From positions 148,614,001-148,678,000 of the forward strand of contig OX597817.1 in assembly GCA_951406725.2 (NCBI GenBank): a stretch of 64,000 bases of DNA. The letters are read 5' to 3'. The notes beneath the pieces were generated by a model, which saw only the letters and a program-made list of their open reading frames with translations, was not told the DNA's origin and did no database searches. This DNA is from Octopus vulgaris. Lineage: Eukaryota. Positions 38,608 to 53,670 of the stretch are shown here, piece after piece; the first letter of the stretch is position 1; each line of letters begins with the position of its first letter. The translations under genes were made by a program, and so were the position numbers.

Positions 38608-40529
38608 TTTATATATACTGATGCAGATTTACGCGCTCACGATCGTCTTCGTACTGTTAAGTAATTTTTGATAGTGATGGTCTTGATATTTCGTTCGTTA
38701 ATTATTGATTAATTAGTAAGATGTGGTAATATGGGAGTCAGACTTACTTTTCTTAGTCATCTTTTTTCTGTTTTTTTTTTTTCAATTGCCGATACTATCC
38801 GTTGATCATAAAACCTAACAGAAATTCCATATTTTTTCTTACTTGATTTAAAAAAATTTTTTTTTTCACGATTTGAAGTAAAATTACATTTAGCAGGAAT
38901 TTATACCACAAAACACACTGTTCAAAATGATGAAACGTAAATCTTACCACAACGTCCGCAAGGGCTGAACTCACCCACAGAAATTCAGATCAAATAAGGC
39001 CAGCTATTTTCGTTAATGCTCTAACGACTCTGTCATTATCTTACTAGGAATTGGTTGAGGAACTTTGCCAAAAATACGTTTTCAGTTTCCGTTAATGCAA
39101 AATATCACGAAGACATATGCCATATTTTAAGTAAAAAATCTTCTTGTTAACTAATTTGTGAGGAATACAACGATAGATATTTCCAATGGGATCTTGGTTT
39201 CGTCATGCTCCATTTGGTTTAATTCTTCATTTTAGATCTTTTGATAGTGGAGGTTGATTACTTTCTCGCCTTCTGTTTTGTGCCTCGTCTCCAAAGGTTT
39301 TCTACGGTTGTTATATTTTACAGCCAGATAAAACAATCGTCCTACTAATGTGCTGCTCTATACAAGACTGCTGCCTCTCAAGGGAGACTGGTGCCTTATT
39401 GCTGATATTCTTCTCCAAACAGTAGATTGCTACAGAGGGATGAGCTTATTTTCTGAATATGAAGAGGGTTGTGTAGTTAGTACGTCTTCGTTAAAGCTCT
39501 GTGTATGTGTATGTGTGTGTGTGTGTGTATGTGAGGACCAAATCTATGTTTTTCCTTACCAACGATCAACGATGCATTGGCACGATATGTGTGCCGCCTT
39601 TTCGACACTAGCTATAAAGTGTGACATTGTTTTAAATGAGTTATGTTTTACTATGCGTATTCGTTTGCCACTCTTTATTTAGAATTTCAGTCTATACAAC
39701 AATACCAGCCAACAATACTTATAATGCTTTGGGTTTCTGGTTCAATCAAGATTCGGCATGCCGAAAAGAAAAACAAAAAATCGAGACGAGACTCTCCGTA
39801 GTTGTCTTCCTCGTTCAAGTAATGGAGTTAATTTCAGAGCGGTTTCCGCGATTCTCCATGATAAATCCAGGAGGGTCACAGATTTTCCTTTGTAGTTACT
39901 GGTGGGAAAATATTTGTTGATGAATATTAGAAAGTTTCTGTGTGTTAGAAAATATATCTATACCAAAGGCGGTTTTCAACACAGATGTTTCAATATTCTT
40001 TTTCAAATAAATGCAGTTTTTGGTATTACTAGTATATTGTGCCTCCCAGTCACATGTTTACATTTCTTTACATATATATTTTTTATTTACGGTCGAAATT
40101 AATTAACAAATGCTATTTCTTATATTCTTTATATCGAGTATATATTATGCCATCTTCTTTTAAAATTTTATACTTATTAAGTTTAAATTAAACTCATTAC
40201 GTTATATCGTAGCATTAATATCAAGTCACTGTTAATGATAATTTTAAATTTTCCTATGGCGAATTATATTTTTTACAAGAAATTGTGGAATATCGCCATG
40301 ATGTTTCTCTGCGGATTATATCGAGGTAATTGATTTTCTTTCGTAAAGTTTCTGAGATATAAATACCCGGCAATATATATATTTAGGTCTAAATATAGCT
40401 AATCCCGTAGACTTGAAGTATTTGAATATCTTTATTCTTTCTTTTTACTGAGGAGCCTTTACAAAAGAGACGCGATTAGTATATATATATATATATATAT
40501 ATATATACTGGCACAAAATGGAAGTGATT

Positions 40530-40603
<74 letters not shown>

Positions 40604-41324
40604 ATTATATTTTTATATATATATATATATATATTAGATACATTTGGGATCGATGAACTTCGTTGCTTACAGTTTTCCAAGTGTTTACTGCATTTATGGC
40701 AGTCAAAGTAACAATAGAGTATTAATAACTCGGTTTCACAAAGTAAATTATCGCAAACGTCTTCCTTTTTACAGTACAAATCTTTACAACATTCTCTAAC
40801 ATACATCGGTGAAAGATATATAAACTCATGGGCATTTATGTAAGCATACACACACACACACTCACATACAGGCTTATGTACAGATATATATATGGACACA
40901 TATGCTCAGCGCACGCGTGTGTGTTTGTATTGGTGAATGAGTGTTCATTGGGTCTGTTCGAGTGTGATGGGTGTCAGTGCAATTTCCGTCTAGAAAATAC
41001 TATTCAGCAGATAATAGTCAACTCATTCCTATAATAGACAAGGATAATAGAGCATTGACACGACACGTGTGTCATTCTTCATGCCCAAGCTATTGCGTGT
41101 CACATTGCTATAGTGTAGATATTATCAGCCTGCTGAGGCTCGTTTGAACTACAAACTTTTTTAAAGTAATGAGATGTCGTGCAACGGAATCGAACTCGGA
41201 TCCAGTTTCTTGGAAAGCGAACTTTTTAACGGCCGAGCTATACCTGCGCCCATAACAAGTGTTGCTTATTGTTGCGGATTTATATCGATGTCTAAAAGTT
41301 TCGGATGGATTATTGTAATGGAGG

Positions 41325-41652
41325 AGGAGGAGGAGACTCCCTTCGGCCATGCATGACCATGGGATTGCACCTAGAAAGTTACCCTCCGATGCACAAATCT
41401 GGGCATGCTTGTTTATGGAAGGCCAGCAGTTGCCCATGCATACCAACCTCACCTACCACACCACTGATGTTATCTGAGGGAGAGGCAAAGGCCGATGCAG
41501 CTTGGCACCAGTGGTGTCGCAATTCATTTCTACAGCTGAGTGAATTAGAGCAACGTGAAATAAAGTGTCTTCCTCAAGAACACAACACGCAGCCTGGTCT
41601 GGGAATCGAACTCACGACCTCACGATCGTAAGGTACACGCTCTAACCACTGA

Positions 41653-41657
<5 letters not shown>
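41325..41657 (-). mobile_element. SINE family C variant; 5' part duplicated at 41781-41882
   Basis: GTGAAATAAAGTGTCTT..TCAAGAACACAACACGCAGCC..GGGAATCGAACTC in both copies. Confidence 0.8.
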
Positions 41658-41691
<34 letters not shown>

Positions 41692-43852
41692 TTCTAATAT
41701 AGGGATAAAATTTTTCCAGAAAAATGCCATCGTTGGCCAGCATATTAAAATACCTTTTAATGTGAAAATTATAAACAATATAAAGTGAAATAAAGTGTCT
41801 TGCTCAAGAACACAACACGCAGCCCAGTCCGGGAATCGAACTCAACGTCATGATCGTAAGCTCGACACTCTAACCACTGAGCATAATAGAGGTGCGATTT
41901 TACAACTTCTCTTTTGTTTCCTATATTATTAAACCTATCGAGTATTGACGAGGTATGATTTCATACAGATAGTAATGAAACTTATTTTAATTCTATTAAT
42001 TATGTCAATTATGTTAATATCCTCCCAAGTTCATTTTCTGCAGATTTTATAAATATACTTTTAGGAACTACCAGTAAGTTTGCTTTGTGGTCATTTAAAG
42101 TTACATACGGTTTTACCACTGCTAATCTTTCTAACCTATTACAGATCTAACACCGAGTATAATTTACTACACATGTGCAGTGACTTTATGCGTATTTTAT
42201 ATATTTTTACATTACTTTAGAATATGTGGCGATTTTTCTTACATTCGAATGAACCATAAGTTTTGTCAGCGAATGTTGTTTAAGGTTCACATAAAAGGAG
42301 AACATATCAGAGAACAACGAATGATCTTGCTGTGTCCTACGAAGGTCGTTATGCAAATAATAATCACACACCCTGGTTCAATTTCGTTCCTTATTTTTAC
42401 TTGCCAATTGGTTAACCAATTAACCAAGTAGCAATCAAACAATCGATTGGGTCGGGTAATGATTCTCTCAGCTAGTTTATTCCAGCTGTCTACCTCGATC
42501 AGCGATTGCATATTATTGATGTGGTTGCGAATGGCATCAAAAGGACTTAAGTAAACTTATTTGATTTACTGACTGACCGAATGCTTTTTGTAACAAAGGA
42601 TTAGTTTATAGGTTGAATAGTTAACCAATACACGCATAAAAACAAAGAACAAAAACAGAACCAGTTCGTGCGTTCATTATTGGCCTAATGACTCTCTCGA
42701 GATATTACAAAATATTTTTCAACACTCGAGTTCATATCAAATCTCCTGGAAGTGAAATACCGAATAAAAAGTAAAAGAAGTATAAAACTTTAAAATTTAT
42801 AAATCTGTATCCACGTAACACAGTAACGGCAGCCGTAAAATTTTATTACCAGCAACTGATATCGATATGCCACAGAAGACCTATATATTCCTGAACTTAA
42901 ACTGAAATTTGCTTGGCGGTCACAAGAAACCCATACAAATGCTGCTGTACATATTGTACAAGTCTTATCTCGATTCATATCAAAGTTCTGCTCTCTCCAA
43001 ACCCTCTGCCTCTCCAAACATTAACCTCGTTAACAAGTGTCTGAGTTGGAATAAAGCCCAGGACGTGGTGGTCACTCGACAGTGCTTGTAATGATATTCT
43101 TATATTCCGCTCGAAAGATGATTCATACTTGGAAATGTGTGTGACAACAGTAAGCAATCTTACGGTGATCTGTCTGCTGGATATTCCAAGTAACACTTTG
43201 TTAATGGTGGATATTAACACACCCACACACGCATACACACACACACAGACAAATACACATGTACATGTACACATGCTAATAAACGGTATATTTGTGTAGT
43301 TGTGAAGGCGTGTGTGTGTTTATTTGTACGTAGAAGGAATTTTTTCTATTCGGCGTTCGTTCGGGAGTGACATTTTAGAAATAAAGAAAGACTGCAAAGA
43401 AATATACAAATTTTGGGAGACGTAAGGAAAGATCCTTTACTCTTGCAGGTACCCTTTCTCTTCCCCTCCTTCTAAATTTCCCACCCACGCAATCACTTTT
43501 TCCTTCCCTCTCACATGCACACACTCACTCCGTATATCATTTTGGGTCTTGTCTTGTGTCTTGATATTTCTCTGCCTCTCTCTATCTCTCTCACTGTCTT
43601 TCCTTATATTTTTACTTCCTTATACCAATATCTTCTTCAAGGTAAGAGGAAGTGTGTGTGTTGGGGGAGAGAGAGAGCGAGAGGGAGAGAGAAAGGAAGA
43701 CATAACTGAGAGTGAATAGAACCAAACTCTGCAAGTTAATGCGAGTATCTACATGCAATATACACACAAATATACATCTACACATAGAGTCACATATATG
43801 TATGGATGTATACACACACACATATATGTATCGACGCGGAAAAGTCTGTATG

Positions 43853-44235
43853 CTAAGTAATAAAGAGAGTTTCTTTTCTTATTCGTTGTCTCGAGGTTGT
43901 ATCGTCCCTAAATTGGTAGAGGGGGGAAATCCTGAAGCTTGGTATTTTTTTGTTGGCGCAAGTATCTATGTGTTGGCTAAAAGCTATTTTTCTGTTTTGG
44001 GGAATTTTTATCTGGGATCTGTGCAGGGCCATTCGTTTACGCAAACTATTTTTTGCTTGGCCTATGTACTGCTCTTGACACCCGGAGCAGGTTAGTGAGT
44101 ATATTAGGTTCTCCGAAGCACATGTGAAGTTGCTTTTCACTGTAAACCGTTGTCCCTGTTTGAAGGAGAACTCTGATCCCTCAATTAAATAGTCGCATAT
44201 CCCGCAATTGGGTCTTCCACATTTTTTTTACTGTC
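43853..44235 (-). pseudogene. Penelope-like (Neptune-type) Cys-rich linker plus GIY-YIG endonuclease
   Basis: KCGRPNCGICDYLIEGSEFSFKQGQRFTVKSNFTCASENLIYSLTCSGCQEQYIGQAKNSLRKRMALHRSQI...SQHIDTC...RIRKETLFI (LIY-YIG, CCHH, CxxxxCxxC). Confidence 0.9.
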
Positions 44236-44238
44236 GGC

Positions 44239-44415
<177 letters not shown>

Positions 44416-44642
44416 AAGTATATATATGTATGTATTTATGCTTGTGTGACTCACCCTACCATCGCTTGACAACCGATGTTTGTGTGTTAATGTCTCTTAA
44501 AGCTATTGAAGCTAGCGGTTCGACAAAAGTGACCGATATATGTAATAGGCTTACAAAGGATAAGTCCTGGTGTTGATTTGTTGAACTAAAGTCGGTACCG
44601 CACCAGGGCTGCAGTCAATGACTGATACAAAAAAATAAATGA

Positions 44643-44673
<31 letters not shown>

Positions 44674-44783
44674 TCATACACAAACGCACAACAGAATAAG
44701 AACATCTATGTATATGTATGCATGTATAGGACTATGTATGTATGTATATGTATGTGTGTGTATCTATGAATACATATATATAG

Positions 44784-44836
<53 letters not shown>

Positions 44837-45054
44837 TGAATATATATATAGAGAGAAATATATACACACACACACACACATCTGCATAGACAAAGATAGA
44901 GTGATTGGACCGGAGGTGTATATACTCTGTTACATACATCACTCTTTTAAGTCGTTCTTTATTCCCACCTAAGCCAAGACTGAACAAACCCTTGGTGACG
45001 GCAATTATTACCGTGGGATTATATTTCAGAAATTTTCCTGATATCATGTGTATA

Positions 45055-45502
45055 GGTGTAGGAGTGGCTGTGTGGTAAGAAGCTTGCTTACAAACCACAT
45101 TGTTCCGGGTTCAGTCCCACTGCGTGGTATTTCGGGCACGTCTCTTCTACTATAGCCACGGACCGACCAAAGCCTTGTGAGTGGATTTGGTAGACGGAAA
45201 CTGAAAGAAGCCCGTTGCATATATGTCTCTCTCTCTCTTTCTCTCTCTCTCTATATATATATATGTATGTGTATGTGTATATGTTTGTGTGTCTATGTTT
45301 GTCCCCCACCAACATCGCTTCACAACCGATGCTGGTGTGCTTTCGCCCCCGTAATCTAGCGGTTCGGCAAAAAAGAACCGACACAATAAATACTTGGCTT
45401 ACAAAGAATAAGTCCTGGGGTCGATCTGCTCGACTAACAGCCGTTGCTCTAGCATGGCCACAGTCAAATAGCCAAAAAAATAAAAAGAGTGTAAAAGAGA
45501 GT
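45055..45502 (+). mobile_element. SINE family A (full length)
   Basis: GGTGTAGGAGTGGCTGTGTGGTAAG...GGGTTCAGTCCCACTG. Confidence 0.9.
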
Positions 45503-45769
45503 AACTTTTAATCGAGATTCCAATGAGAGCTGGCTGCTATATCCAGCAGGTCGATTGATCATATCGCATCTCCCTTCGTGTTTCGCAAACTTTTTCTATG
45601 CATTCATAATCCGTGTGTTCATTTATTAGCTTCTATTCCGAGCTGTGTACATTTGTCTTCTTCTCTATCTTTCTATCTAGCTATGATTTTATCGACAAGC
45701 AGTGCTAAACCCAGCTTTGCATCAAGCTAGACGCCAACACGCAATGACGCTCGTTCTTTCCCCACACTC

Positions 45770-46570
<801 letters not shown>

Positions 46571-47779
46571 TCCCCCATCTCATTCGTTGTCCCCAATTTC
46601 CAAAATAAACTTCGATATTATAAATACGACCGAATTCCTGAAACGCTTGTCGACATACGGCCCTTTTCTTGTCCCCTTGAGAGCCCAATCAATAATCGAG
46701 CGATAGCAGTGCATGTAGGAGACCTAAAACCAGAGTATGCGTACGCCATTGTATGTTCGTGTGTGACTGTGCGACTGTATGGCTTTGTCAATGTGCGTTG
46801 CTGTGCAAACATATGACCTATTTAGTGTGCGTGTGTGCATGTGTATTTTATATGTATGCATGTGCGCGCGAGTAGTATGCGTATGAATGTGCGCCCCAGT
46901 ATATGTGCGTGTATGCATGTGCATGCCGCCCGTTTTGGATTCTCTGCGTTGTGTGTATGTACGTGTATGTCTGAATATGTGTGTGTGTATTCGTAGAACT
47001 GTATACGGTTATAAGCGTTAAGCCCACGTGTTTGGTACCACGTGTGAATGTGATGAATTCTGATGTTTACGTATTGAAGGAAACGTACGTATATACACAC
47101 ATACACACATCCACATACGAACACACACACAGATAAAGTGTACTAAAGATGTTCATACACATACGCGCTTCAATACGTTTTGTACGTGTGCGTGTGTCTC
47201 TGTGTGTGTGTCTGTGTAGAAATATACACATATATCTGTATATATATATATAGAGAGAGAGATCTATATAAATTTCTGTGTGTGACCGTGTGTGCCTCTG
47301 AGTGCCTGTGTGTATGCATATATATACATGCATATACATGAATACGCTTTGTACACATGTGTGTATGTAAATATGTATAAGTATATGCACACACACACAT
47401 ACACACACACGCACACATACACATACACACACACACTCACACACTCACACACACACATATATATATATATTCACATACACGTGGATACGCTTTGTATAAA
47501 TATGTTTGTGTATGTATGCATACATTTATACATGCATACATATCAAATTTATATAAATATACGTATGTACGTATATATGTGTTGCGCCCGCGCGTATATA
47601 TATATATATATATATATATCAAAACACACGTAAATAAACATATTTATATACGTACGTGCATTCGTGTGCACAACACCTTCGAACACTCATACACGCTCGA
47701 ACACGCATTGCATTTATTATATATCTATCTGCAGATACGTGTGTGTGTATATGCGTGCGTATCGACTTGTGTATAGTTG

Positions 47780-47830
<51 letters not shown>

Positions 47831-47902
47831 AATCCAAACGGGAAAACAAAAAAACAACAACACGTGGAACAATTACAGTATTATTATTAATAGGCCCTCA
47901 GG

Positions 47903-48047
<145 letters not shown>

Positions 48048-48302
48048 GCACGCACAACGTACAACACAAGCGCTACTGCTCTTACATACAAACACGCACA
48101 CGGTTGCATGCATGCACACACGCACACACACACATAATCTCCATACACATACTCACACACATATTGGGATATCGCTAGGTATGACAACATATGTGACTGT
48201 ATACACTAGGAATCTTATTTCACACGAGTGTAAACTCCTATATCCGTATGTATATATGAAAGACTGTCAAGACGGTGCCCCAGGACGTCTGAATTAAATA
48301 AA

Positions 48303-48358
<56 letters not shown>

Positions 48359-48507
48359 GGGTGCAGGCGTGGCTGTGTGGTAAGATGCTTGCTTTCCAAC
48401 CACATGGTTCTGGCTTCAGACCTGCTGCGTGGCACCTTCTACCATAGCCTCGGGCAGACCTAAGCCATTTGAGTGGATTTGGTTGGTGGAAAGTGAAAGA
48501 AGCTCAT

Positions 48508-48546
<39 letters not shown>

Positions 48547-48731
48547 GCTTTTGTATGTGTGTGTCTGTCCCCCTGCCACGGCCTGACAACCGATGATGGT
48601 GTGTTTACGCCTCCTCGGCAAAAGGATCAGCTGGAATAAGTACTAGGCTTACAAAGAATATGTCCTGGGTTCGATTTTTTTAGACTTAAAGCGTTGCTCC
48701 AACATGGCCAAAGTCAAATGCTTGTGCAAGT
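48359..48731 (+). mobile_element. SINE family A (diverged)
   Basis: GGTGCAGGCGTGGCTGTGTGGTAAG head; AATAAGTACTAGGCTTACAAAGAATA. Confidence 0.85.
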
Positions 48732-48823
48732 AAATTTTTACACGAAAAGAAAGCATAAATATTTATGTATGAATGAGTGTATGTATATATTTTTGCATAC
48801 ACACATAATCACACAAACACACA

Positions 48824-48877
<54 letters not shown>

Positions 48878-49624
48878 CATATATCCATAAATACATAGAT
48901 ACACGTATGTATATATATATATATAACCATGTATGTATAATTGTGTTTACGTCCACACTACTATATGTATTTTTCTGTTTATACATATATCGTGAGCGCA
49001 TTGTTCTTACTACACACACACACACACACACACACACATATGTGAGTGCAGGCGTGTGCATGTCCGTGTGTGTTTGTCTATTTGTCTGTCTATCTGTGTT
49101 CGTGTGATAGCGGCTGTGTATTGTATGTTTGCCTATCTGTCTGTCTGTCTGCCTGGCTGGCTGGCTGTCTCTTCTTTATCTATGTTATTCTGTGTTTGCT
49201 TTAGTTGTTGTGCATCCACGAGCAGATCTATTCCTGATAGCGTATGCAAATTATTACGTTCGTTGTTGAGTTTGTTCTCTGAGCGCATGCTGGTGTGTGT
49301 CTTATTTGACTTTTCTACTCTCGCCTGCTTTTACATTGCCCCCATCCCTCACACTCACACATTTATTCATTCCCTCTGCCCCCCCCCCCTATGTACACCC
49401 ATCAGCCTACATAGACTCTCCGTTCCCCGATCACATTGTCCCTCCCTGGCATTGTGTGTAGAAATATAAATACAAATATATATACATACACACACACGCA
49501 TATATATGTATATATGTATAAACATATATATATATACATATATATGTATATATATCCATATATGTATATATGTATATATATATATATATATATGCATATA
49601 TGTATATATATGTATATATATATG

Positions 49625-49704
<80 letters not shown>

Positions 49705-50161
49705 TGTGAATTTTTTTTTATATTTCTTGTTCTGTTCTGTGGCTGCGATTTCGAACCCGCTACTTAAGGTGTTTGAAGAGATAAGAATTTCGAAATGATA
49801 TCTAGAGGCAGCTGTCCCCTCAGTGGGGCTGCGTCAGGCATTTATTTACATTGTTGGTCTCTGAGATAACTCGTACCATACACGCATATATGAAATGTAG
49901 CACACGCATAACGCGCTTAATCACACTCACATGATATCGTGTCATCATGTGTGTGTGTGTGTGTCAGTGTGTGCTTTTGTGTGTGTGTGTGTGTGTGTGT
50001 GCTTGTTGTGTATATAAAAATGCATTTCTGTTTTCGTCTGACTTTTCTCCTATTCTTTCTGTTCAACCATTGATACATTACATAGAGAGAGAGAGAAAGA
50101 GAGAGAGAGAGAAAAAGAGAGAGATGGAGAGATGGAGATATTGAGAAACGGAGAGGTAGAG

Positions 50162-50252
<91 letters not shown>

Positions 50253-50259
50253 CAGATAG

Positions 50260-50300
<41 letters not shown>

Positions 50301-50482
50301 CATTTTATATAAAAGGGCTTAGTAAAATAAATTACTTTGCCACATACTGAACTCATTAGAAATAGCAGCTAAAAAACTTTTTTAAAACTATTTCTAATAC
50401 TTAAAGGAAATCTCTCTCATATAGTGTTTGCTCAATTCAACTCACGAAAGTATGGGGGTAAAGACATTAAAAAATCAAATGC

Positions 50483-50554
50483 AAAGGTTATTTGAGAACG
50501 TACGTTTCAAGATTAGTCAACTCGACATTTCTATCATCAGCTCAGAACTCCTTG
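50483..50554 (-). ncRNA. Type-I hammerhead motif, array copy 1
   Basis: Reverse complement: CAAGG-AGTTC-TGAG-CTGATGA-TAGAAATGTCGAGTTGACTAATCTT-GAAAC-GTAC-GTT-CTCA-AATAA-CCTTT. Confidence 0.7.
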
Positions 50555-51043
50555 GTTTGGATTTGAAAACACTGAAAGTGGGAGCATACCCTTTCGGCTT
50601 CTTATCGCTTCTGAAGATCTGCTCGAAACTAACAGTGCCAGCAAACCCAAGATATGCAAGCGAAGAATTTCTGCTCTCCCCTTTCCACCAGCGTGGGTTA
50701 AAATCAGTAAACACTATGCTTTTTCGGTAAAATCCGAGGCATTAAATAGAGAGAGATGAATTATAATTTCAACAATTGAGGGTAAAATTAATTAATTATT
50801 AATCAATTTCACCAAGTATTCAGTATGTAAAGGGACCATTTAAGGCGAATTCAAATTATTACATTTTATATAAAAGGGCTTAGTAAAATAAATTACTTTG
50901 CCACATACTGAACTCATTAGAAATAGCAGCTAAAAAACTTTTTTAAAACTATTTCTAATACTTAAAGGAAATCTCTCTCATATAGTGTTTGCTCAATTCA
51001 ACTCACGAAAGTATGGGGGTAAAGACATTAAAAAATCAAATGC

Positions 51044-51115
51044 AAAGGTTATTTGAGAACGTACGTTTCAAGATTAGTCAACTCGACATTTCTATCATCA
51101 GCTCAGAACTCCTTG
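51044..51115 (-). ncRNA. Type-I hammerhead motif, array copy 2
   Basis: Identical to copy 1, +561. Confidence 0.7.
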
Positions 51116-51604
51116 GTTTGGATTTGAAAACACTGAAAGTGGGAGCATACCCTTTCGGCTTCTTATCGCTTCTGAAGATCTGCTCGAAACTAACAGTGCC
51201 AGCAAACCCAAGATATGCAAGCGAAGAATTTCTGCTCTCCCCTTTCCACCAGCGTGGGTTCAAATCAGTAAACACTATGCTTTTTCGGTAAAATCCGAGG
51301 CATTAAATAGAGAGAGATGAATTATAATTTCAACAATTGAGGGTAAAATTAATTAATTATTAATCAATTTCACCAAGTATTCAGTATGTAAAGGGACCAT
51401 TTAAGGCGAATTCAAATTATTACATTTTATATAAAAGGGCTTAGTAAAATAAATTACTTTGCCACATACTGAACTCATTAGAAATAGCAGCTAAAAAACT
51501 TTTTTAAAACTATTTCTAATACTTAAAGAAAATCTCTCACATATAGTGTTTGCTCAATTCAACTCACGAAAGTATGGGGGTAAAGACATTAAAAAATCAA
51601 ATGC

Positions 51605-51676
51605 AAAGGTTATTTGAGAACGTACGTTTCAAGATTAGTCAACTCGACATTTCTATCATCAGCTCAGGACTCCTTG
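51605..51676 (-). ncRNA. Type-I hammerhead motif, array copy 3
   Basis: As copy 1, +1122; one substitution in the stem I internal loop (CTCAGGACTC). Confidence 0.7.
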
Positions 51677-52291
51677 GTTTGGATTTGAAAACACTGAAAG
51701 TGGGAGCATACCCTTTCGGCTTCTTATCGCTTCTGAAGATCTGCTCGAAACTAACAGTGCCAGCAAACCCAAGATATGCAAGCGAAGAATTTCTGCTCTC
51801 CCTTTCCACCAGCGTGGGTTAAAATCAGTAAACACTATGCTTTTTCGGTAAAATCCGAGGCATTAAATAGAGAGAGATGAATTATAATTTCAACAATTGA
51901 GGGGAAAATTAATTAGCTGCTATTTCTAATGAGTTCAGTATGTGGCAAAGTAATTTATTTTACTAAGCCCTTTTATATAAAATGTAATAATTTGAATTCG
52001 CCTTAAATGGTCCCTTTACATACTGAATACTTGGTGAAATTGATTAATAATTAATTAATTTTACCCTCAATTGTTGAAATTATAATTCATCTCTCTCTAT
52101 TTAATGCCTCGGATTTTACCGAAAAAGCATAGTGTTTACTGATTTTAACCCACGCTGGTGGAAAGGGGAGAACAGAAATTCTTCGCTTGCATATCTTGGG
52201 TTTGCTGGCACTGTTAGTTTCGAGCAGATCTTCAGAAGCGATAAGAAGCCGAAAGGGTATGCTCCCACTTTCAGTGTTTTCAAATCCAAAC

Positions 52292-52364
52292 CAAGGAGTT
52301 CTGAGCTGATGATAGAAATGTCGAGTTGACTAATCTTGAAACGTACGTTCTCAAATAACCTTTG
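52292..52364 (+). ncRNA. Type-I hammerhead motif, inverted array copy
   Basis: TGAG 52302-05, CTGATGA 52306-12, GAAAC 52338-42, GTAC, GTT 52347-49, CTCA 52350-53. Confidence 0.7.
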
Positions 52365-52609
52365 CATTTGATTTTTTAATGTCTTTACCCCCATACTTTC
52401 GTGAGTTGAATTGAGAAAACACTATATGAGAGAGATTTTCTTTAAGTATTAGAAATAGTTTTAAAAAAGTTTTTTAGCTGCTATTTCTAATGAGTTCAGT
52501 ATGTGGCAAAGTAATTTATTTTACTAAGCCCTTTTATATAAAATGTAATAATTTGAATTCGCCTTAAATGGTCCCTTTACATACTGAATACTTGGTGAAA
52601 TTGATATAT

Positions 52610-52640
<31 letters not shown>

Positions 52641-53202
52641 GACAAAACATTCGTTTCTCTGTCGCTCTGTCTCTCCCGCTTTCTTTATTTATTTTCTACT
52701 TGTCTTCCTTACACACACACACACTTATACAAGCTCATGGAGGAATCTCAGGTAATTTTGCCAATGTGGATACTGTTGTTAGTTCAACCGAATTACCTGT
52801 GTAAGTGACAGCATAAGTCTGCACACACTGTGTACCCATAACCTAATTCTCAGGTAATATCAGTACGTCACTGTATGCGTGACGTGAATGTAATTCTGTG
52901 TTTCACCTGCAAGTCACCCGTGGGGCTTCCCTGCGGTTTCCACCAATCCAGACTCACTCATATGGCAACGATGCAAGCGAAGCAAAAGAAGATGATAACC
53001 GTGTGAGAAACATTGTCGTTGCGAAGTGAACTTTGTAAGAATTCAGTGACACTGCATACACACATACATTTATATGCACACATACTGAGAAAGGCATATA
53101 AACACACACACGTGAACATATAATCATTCCTACATATATACTTGTATGTATATACATATATATGTATAAATACATAAGTATATATATATATATATATAAA
53201 TG

Positions 53203-53290
<88 letters not shown>

Positions 53291-53348
53291 TATATATAGA
53301 TATAAAGAGAGAGAGAGAGAGGGAGAGAGATAAACATATAGATAGATA

Positions 53349-53670
53349 ATGAAGAAAATGGAGAGTTGAATGTTAATTGTTTATTATTAACAAATTGGTA
53401 ATCTGTACTTCTTACAGCCGTTTCCATTAGTACTCTATAATAAAATTACAAATTTGTGCTTTAAATCTGCATCTACATGTTATGAGCATATCAAAATAAT
53501 AAATCATCTCGAATCTGTCGGTATGAACAGATTGGTCGGCATATAACATCTTAAGGTATATCTTTTTCTCAGGTGAAATTCTGCACGCATTTGCAATTTA
53601 ATTAGTGAGTACTAATGGAAACAACCATAATAAATAATTGTTAACTTTCAACTCTCCATTTTCTTTTCTT
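53349..53670. repeat. Diverged inverted repeat next to (TA)/(GA)n (PLE-end-like)
   Basis: AGAAAATGGAGAGTTGAA..GTTTCCATTAGTACTC vs GAGTACTAATGGAAAC..TTCAACTCTCCATTTTCT. Confidence 0.65.

Larger units (their letters stand above)
50297..52605. mobile_element. Young 561-bp HHR-containing array: direct copies at 50297, 50858 and 51419 (last ends about 51915), then about 1.24 inverted units (51913-52605); flanked by (TA)n
   Basis: Exact 561-bp period (also shown by ORF offsets 50428/50989/51550); only a few substitutions between copies; one HHR per unit. Confidence 0.92.

Noticed and set aside
39350-39920. Possible host exons in a non-repetitive stretch
   Set aside because: No recognisable protein motif or consistent splice/ORF structure; cannot be supported without RNA or homology data.
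40720-40815. CCGATG...GAAACCGAGTT on the minus strand as an HHR
   Set aside because: No convincing stem I or stem II.
50428-52394. Repeated 100-aa and 65-aa ORFs in the 561-bp unit as protein-coding genes
   Set aside because: No recognisable domain, non-ATG starts for most, and a frameshift in copy 3; their recurrence only reflects the DNA repeat.
50297-52605. CRISPR array or satellite DNA
   Set aside because: No repeat-spacer alternation in this eukaryotic sequence; few copies with an inversion and an HHR fit a retroelement-type origin better.
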